Shown: one piece after another, positions 59,767 through 64,000 of the stretch
Position numbering within the stretch: the stretch's first letter is position 1
Layout of the letters: each line of letters starts with the position of its first letter
Assembly: GCA_009914755.4 (NCBI GenBank)
Contig: CP086569.2
Location: 3,008,001-3,072,000, forward strand
Direction: 5' to 3'
DNA length: 64,000 nt
From: the human T2T-CHM13v2.0 reference genome, Homo sapiens
Made by a program: the position numbers and the translations under genes
The notes under the pieces: generated by a model
What the model saw: the letters and a program-made list of their open reading frames with translations, nothing else
Told to the model about the DNA's origin: nothing
Databases searched by the model: none

Positions 59767-59899
59767 CATATTCTTTTTGTTTTCGTGCATAGATATTTAG
59801 ACCATCTAAAAACAATGACAGTTTTTGTCTTACTTTTGAAAATGTGAGGCTGTCCTGGTGAGGGATGGAAAAATAACAACAACAACAAAAAATTAGGCT

Positions 59900-60198
<299 letters not shown>

Positions 60199-60774
60199 TC
60201 ACTAAACTGCTTAGGATATCCAGGTTAATGTTGAATGTGTATTGGGGTAGTAAATATTTCTGTCTTATTCCTTAAATATACTACATAAAAATTATGTTAA
60301 ATGTTTTGGTGGCATATTAATAAAAGTGATATATTAATAAAAGATTGCCTATTTTCTAATTATTTATATTTTTTAATTAATGTGTTTACACAAACATTTT
60401 AGGAAGTCTTACAAACAAACATTATATATGTAAAATAACTTGTTAGTGTTATGATTTACATTAAAACTTTTTCTAGAATGAAAACATTCATAAATTCTCT
60501 GAATTAAGTTAACAAATATCTTATTTAGAAATTTTTAGTTTATGTCCGTAAGTAGATTTCATCTTATGTTTTCAAGATCTAAGTTTCTTGTTTCTGGTTT
60601 TGGTATCAAGGTTATACTGGCATCAAAGCTGATTTGTGTGGTATCTTTTTATTTTCTGATATAATTTAAATAATATTAGGTTTTTTCCTCTTATATAGTT
60701 TGGTAAAGCTTTCTTCTTAAAATGTTCAAGCTATATAGTTTGTTTTATAGAGAGAGAAAGGGAGAGGAAGTTGA

Positions 60775-61077
60775 TTTTGACTTGTTTATTTATTTAGTTG
60801 AGACACAGTCTGACTCTCACCCAGACTGCAGTACAGTGGTACACTTGTGACTCATTGCAGTCCTGACCTCCCTAGTTCAAGTGGTCCTCCCAACTCAGCC
60901 TTTAGAGTAGCTGGGACTACAAGTGCGTGCCACCATGCCTGACTTTTTTTGTATTGTTTGTAGAGATGTGTTTTTGCCATGTTGCCCAGGCTGGCCTCGG
61001 ACTCTTGGGCTCAAACTATCCACCAGTCTCGGCCGCCGAAGTGTTGGGATTACAGGTGTGAGCCGCCACCCCCAGCC
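60775..61077 (-). mobile_element. Old diverged Alu (AluJ-like)
   Basis: gagacacagtctgactctcacccagactgcagtacagtggtacacttgtgactcattgcagtcctgacctccctagttcaagtggtcctcccaactcagcctttagagtagctgggactacaagtgcgtgccaccatgcctgac...gcccaggctggcctcggactcttgggctcaaactatccaccagtctcggccgccgaagtgttgggattacaggtgtgagccgccacccccagcc. Confidence 0.82.
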
Positions 61078-61420
61078 TATTTAATGTATTATTTGTTAAA
61101 TATTTATACTTTTTCACTCTTTCTGAGAAAGTCTGGATATGCTTCATTCATTTTAGAAACTTATCCACTTTATTTACCAACATGTGGGCTATGCATAGTA
61201 GTGTGTCTATTTCTAAAACATTTAACCTCACAGAATTATTGGCTTCTCATATTTTTAATGTTTTAATGCATTTTAACAAAGGTTTCTTTTTTAATTTCTT
61301 ATTTTGTTAGTCTGTTCAAAGCATCAGCTTCGGGTCTTTTTTCGTCTCCTTATTGTTTATTTTATTTTTCTTTATTTTTTCTCTTAACATTATGATATAC
61401 TTCTATTTTCCTTGAGTTTT

Positions 61421-61531
61421 GCTGTTGTTCTCTTTCTACCTTCTGTAGTTGGATGCATAATTCATTTCTTATTTGCTGTTGTTCTCTTTCTACCTTCTGT
61501 AGTTGGATGCATAATTCATTTCTTATTTGCT
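61421..61531 (+). repeat. Perfect 54-bp tandem duplication (two copies plus 3 bp of a third)
   Basis: gctgttgttctctttctaccttctgtagttggatgcataattcatttcttattt is immediately followed by an identical copy and then gct. Confidence 0.9.
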
Positions 61532-63529
61532 AGTAGAAATATGAATCTCTAAATTTTGCCTTGGCATATTTTTAGTGACAATACACATGTGTTTATGTGC
61601 ATTAATTTCTTTATTTAATTTAAAATATTTTAATAATTTTATTATGTTTGACTCATGAGTAATTTGCAAGTATGGTCTTAAATTTCTGTTTTCAAGGGCT
61701 TTTAAAGTTATATGTCTTGTAGTATTTTCTCCAAATAACACTAGTCAGAGAACAAACTGTGTGTGTCATACAAACTGAATTACAAGACTCATATGTGGCT
61801 TAAATGTATTATAAATTCCCAGTCGAAAATTTGTTCTTCTCATATTCAGAATCAGAGAGGAGATTCTTTGTTCCCTTCATGTGGCTAATGGTTGATTTTT
61901 TTTCCTCCATGGTTCACTCTTTTCACTCTTTACTGGAAATATAATACTTTATGAGATTCAACATTGTACAATGGAACGTGTGTTGATTCTCCACTTCATA
62001 TGGGTACAAAACCTTATCTCCCATCCCACTGCTGAAATTGTAACAGGAGGTCTTAGATTTTTGATATTCCCCTTCCCCATATTCCCATTATCCAAGGTGT
62101 CAAGTCACTAGCTTATTTGGTTTTCAGGTCCCTTATTTTTTTCTGGTCACTAAGAATTTCCTTTATTTCTCATAAGCTCAGCTATGCATTTAATTTTAGA
62201 AAATACCTCACTATTTTTGAGAGAGTGGATGCTATGTAGGCCACCAAATTATGAGAATTTCTTCTTCTTAAAAATGTTTCTTGGAGATTTTTCCATATTA
62301 GCATAGATATGAGGCCTTATGTAGTCTGATGATGATACATCACTCTGTCCTATCCCTATACCATTACTTTGTCAAAGCCCACCTGGTGAGCATGTGCCTG
62401 TCTGTATTTTTGTGACTAGTGCGATAACATTTATTCTTAGATGTAAATTTGGTTTGTCAAGGAAAGGACCTCATAAAATTTGACAGATATATTCACATCT
62501 TCCACTATAAGAGTGCATCAACAGTAGATGAATACTCTGGTATTTTTCCAGTAAACTCTTTATTCTTTGTCAATCTTTTTAGTAAAGTATAGACTTCCAT
62601 AGTTACCCCAAAGTTGATTTTTTGAATTGTTAATGACATTAAATATTGATACATGCCAATTGGTCATTTATGTCTTTGTTCAAGTTTCTATTTTTTTCTT
62701 ATTGAATAATGAAAGCTGTTTTTTTTAGCAAAAATGCAGGAAACACACTTTATTCTGTTTGTATTAGTTGTTGTGATTTCTTTATGACTATACATGTGAA
62801 AAATGATTTAATTGTAAGCATTAAATTGATCAGCACTGTTTCTTGATTGTTCCTGTTACATGTCAAGTGGTTATTAGTCAGCATAGGCCAGGTGATAATA
62901 AAGTGCTAAGCTCCGAATTTCATTGGGTCAAACGACAAAGTGTCGTTTATTACTTAATACACATGTCAATTCTAAATCCCAGGCAGAACGAGCTTCCACC
63001 ATTTACAATATCACCAACCGTAGTGGTAAAAGGAGAGTTTTGCCTTTATAATTGTTTCTATTCACATATGCTTGTTGAAATAATTTTTGTGGTCTCACCT
63101 AAATTCAAGAGATTAAGGAAGTGCAACCAAACTGTGTAAACAGAAGACTATATTCAGATATTAGTGAACATTGATAATATGTACCTTGTATTCCTAGAAA
63201 GGAATTTCCTCATAGATTATTCTAAAGTTCACTTGTGTGTTCGTGTAACATTATCAAAAGATGCCAAATGTCTCATTAAAACATTTTCTTAAACTGGCAT
63301 TTATTTCAATCTGAATGATGAAATAGAAGTCCTTCTTTGTTACAAAAATAATTTATGTTCTGACACTATTTATTGACTAACATCTTTCACCACTGACTTA
63401 AAAGGCCCTTTTATGAAACAAAATTTTAGCTTCCACTTGTATCTATTCTAACACATTAACTATTTATGTTTCATTAAATATTAAATAGTTTTCATGAAGC
63501 TTTTACAATATTCAAAAATATTATAATAT

Positions 63530-64000
63530 TCAATAACACAATCTGTTTCTCCAAAAATTAAACAGACACTTATACAATTCAGCAATTCCACTTGTGCATA
63601 TACAACCAAAGGAATTTAAATCAAGTATGTAAACAAATCTTAATAAACTAATGTTCACAACAATGATACTCACGATAGCCAAAAAGGTGGAAACAATGGA
63701 AATGTCCATTGAAAGATGAATGGATGAACAAAATGTGGTATGAAATAATGTCTTAAAAAATAAAGGAAATTCTGAGACATGCTTCAACTTGGGTAAACAC
63801 TGAAAACATATTATGCTAAATGAAATAAGCTAATAACAAAAGGACAAATACTGTATGATTCTAATTATTTGAGGTACCCAGATTAGTCAAATTTCTAAAG
63901 ATAGAAAGTTGAATGATGTTTGCAAAATGATCAGGGATGGGACATATGTGGAGTCATTATTTATGGGTAGAGAGTTTCAGTTTGGAAAAAGGAAAGAGTT
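63530..64000 (+). mobile_element. L1M-type LINE-1 fragment (ORF2 C-terminal region, sense orientation), running off the window end
   Basis: ctaatgttcacaacaatgatactcacgatagccaaaaaggtggaaacaatggaaatgtccattgaaagatgaatggatgaacaaaatgtggtatgaaataatg...gaaaacatattatgctaaatgaaataagctaataacaaaaggacaaatactgtatgattctaattatttgaggtacccagattagtcaaatttctaaagatagaaagttgaatgatg...gggtagagagtttcagtttgg parallels the L1M consensus aatgttcatagcagcattattcacaatagccaaaaggtggaaacaacccaaatgtccatcaacagatgaatggataaacaaaatgtggtatatacatacaatggaatattattcagccataaaaaagaatgaaattctgatacatgctacaacatggatgaaccttgaaaacattatgctaagtgaaataagccagacacaaaaggacaaatattgtatgattccacttatatgaggtacctagaatagtcaaattcatagagacagaaagtagaatggtggttgccagggg...gggtacagagtttcagttttgcaagatg. 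Confidence 0.6.

Noticed and set aside
61421-61531. Tandem 54-bp repeat and the 14-bp periodic block (49795-50250) as possible CRISPR-like arrays
   Set aside because: There is no repeat-spacer architecture; the copies are contiguous with no unique spacers. The sequence is clearly eukaryotic (Alu, L1 and Tigger context), so a CRISPR or other prokaryotic system is not applicable.

Overview
This 64-kb window is AT-rich (roughly 35-38% GC by eye) and reads as primate, almost certainly human, nuclear DNA. There is no CpG island and no convincing host exon, and roughly half the window is transposable elements. I find no operon, defence island or other prokaryote-style system; every ORF of 60 aa or more in the six-frame track falls in repeats or low-complexity DNA.

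Main content:
- A full-length but decayed L1PA-type LINE-1 on + at 4344-10866, with recognisable ORF1 and ORF2.
- A second full-length older L1 (L1PB-like) on - at 18516-25218, carrying two nested Alus and a secondary deletion.
- This second L1 directly abuts a Tigger1 DNA transposon at 25219-27912, which has a decayed pogo/CENP-B-like transposase and its own Alu insertion.
- Two diverged L1M copies on - between 48.5 and 55.7 kb; the second is split by an LTR-like insertion and two Alus.
- A 5'-inverted ('twin-primed') L1 at 41.8-43.6 kb.
- About 15 Alu elements, several with clean target-site duplications.
- One MIR element, one MaLR (MLT1-like) solo LTR, and several microsatellites.

The items most worth a second look:
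- Two homologous LTR-like repeats of about 600 bp at 34912-35504 and 43645-44191. Both begin TG and end CA, both carry an AATAAA near the 3' end, and they lie in direct orientation about 8.1 kb apart. They could be the two LTRs of one ancient ERV provirus.
- A CpG-decayed tRNA-Glu-derived pseudogene at 36927-36998.
- An unexplained tract of about 450 bp with a degenerate 14-bp period at 49795-50250.
- A palindromic micro-rearrangement inside L1 ORF2 at 8541-8644.
- A 170-codon ORF antisense to the 5'UTR of the minus-strand L1, in an ORF0-like position.

All coordinates were found by eye and by comparison with remembered consensus sequences (L1PA, L1M, Alu, Tigger1, MIR, MaLR, tRNA-Glu). Boundaries are approximate to about 10 bp. 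Subfamily names are tentative, and older repeats such as L2 or MIR in the stretches I call unique are probably under-called.
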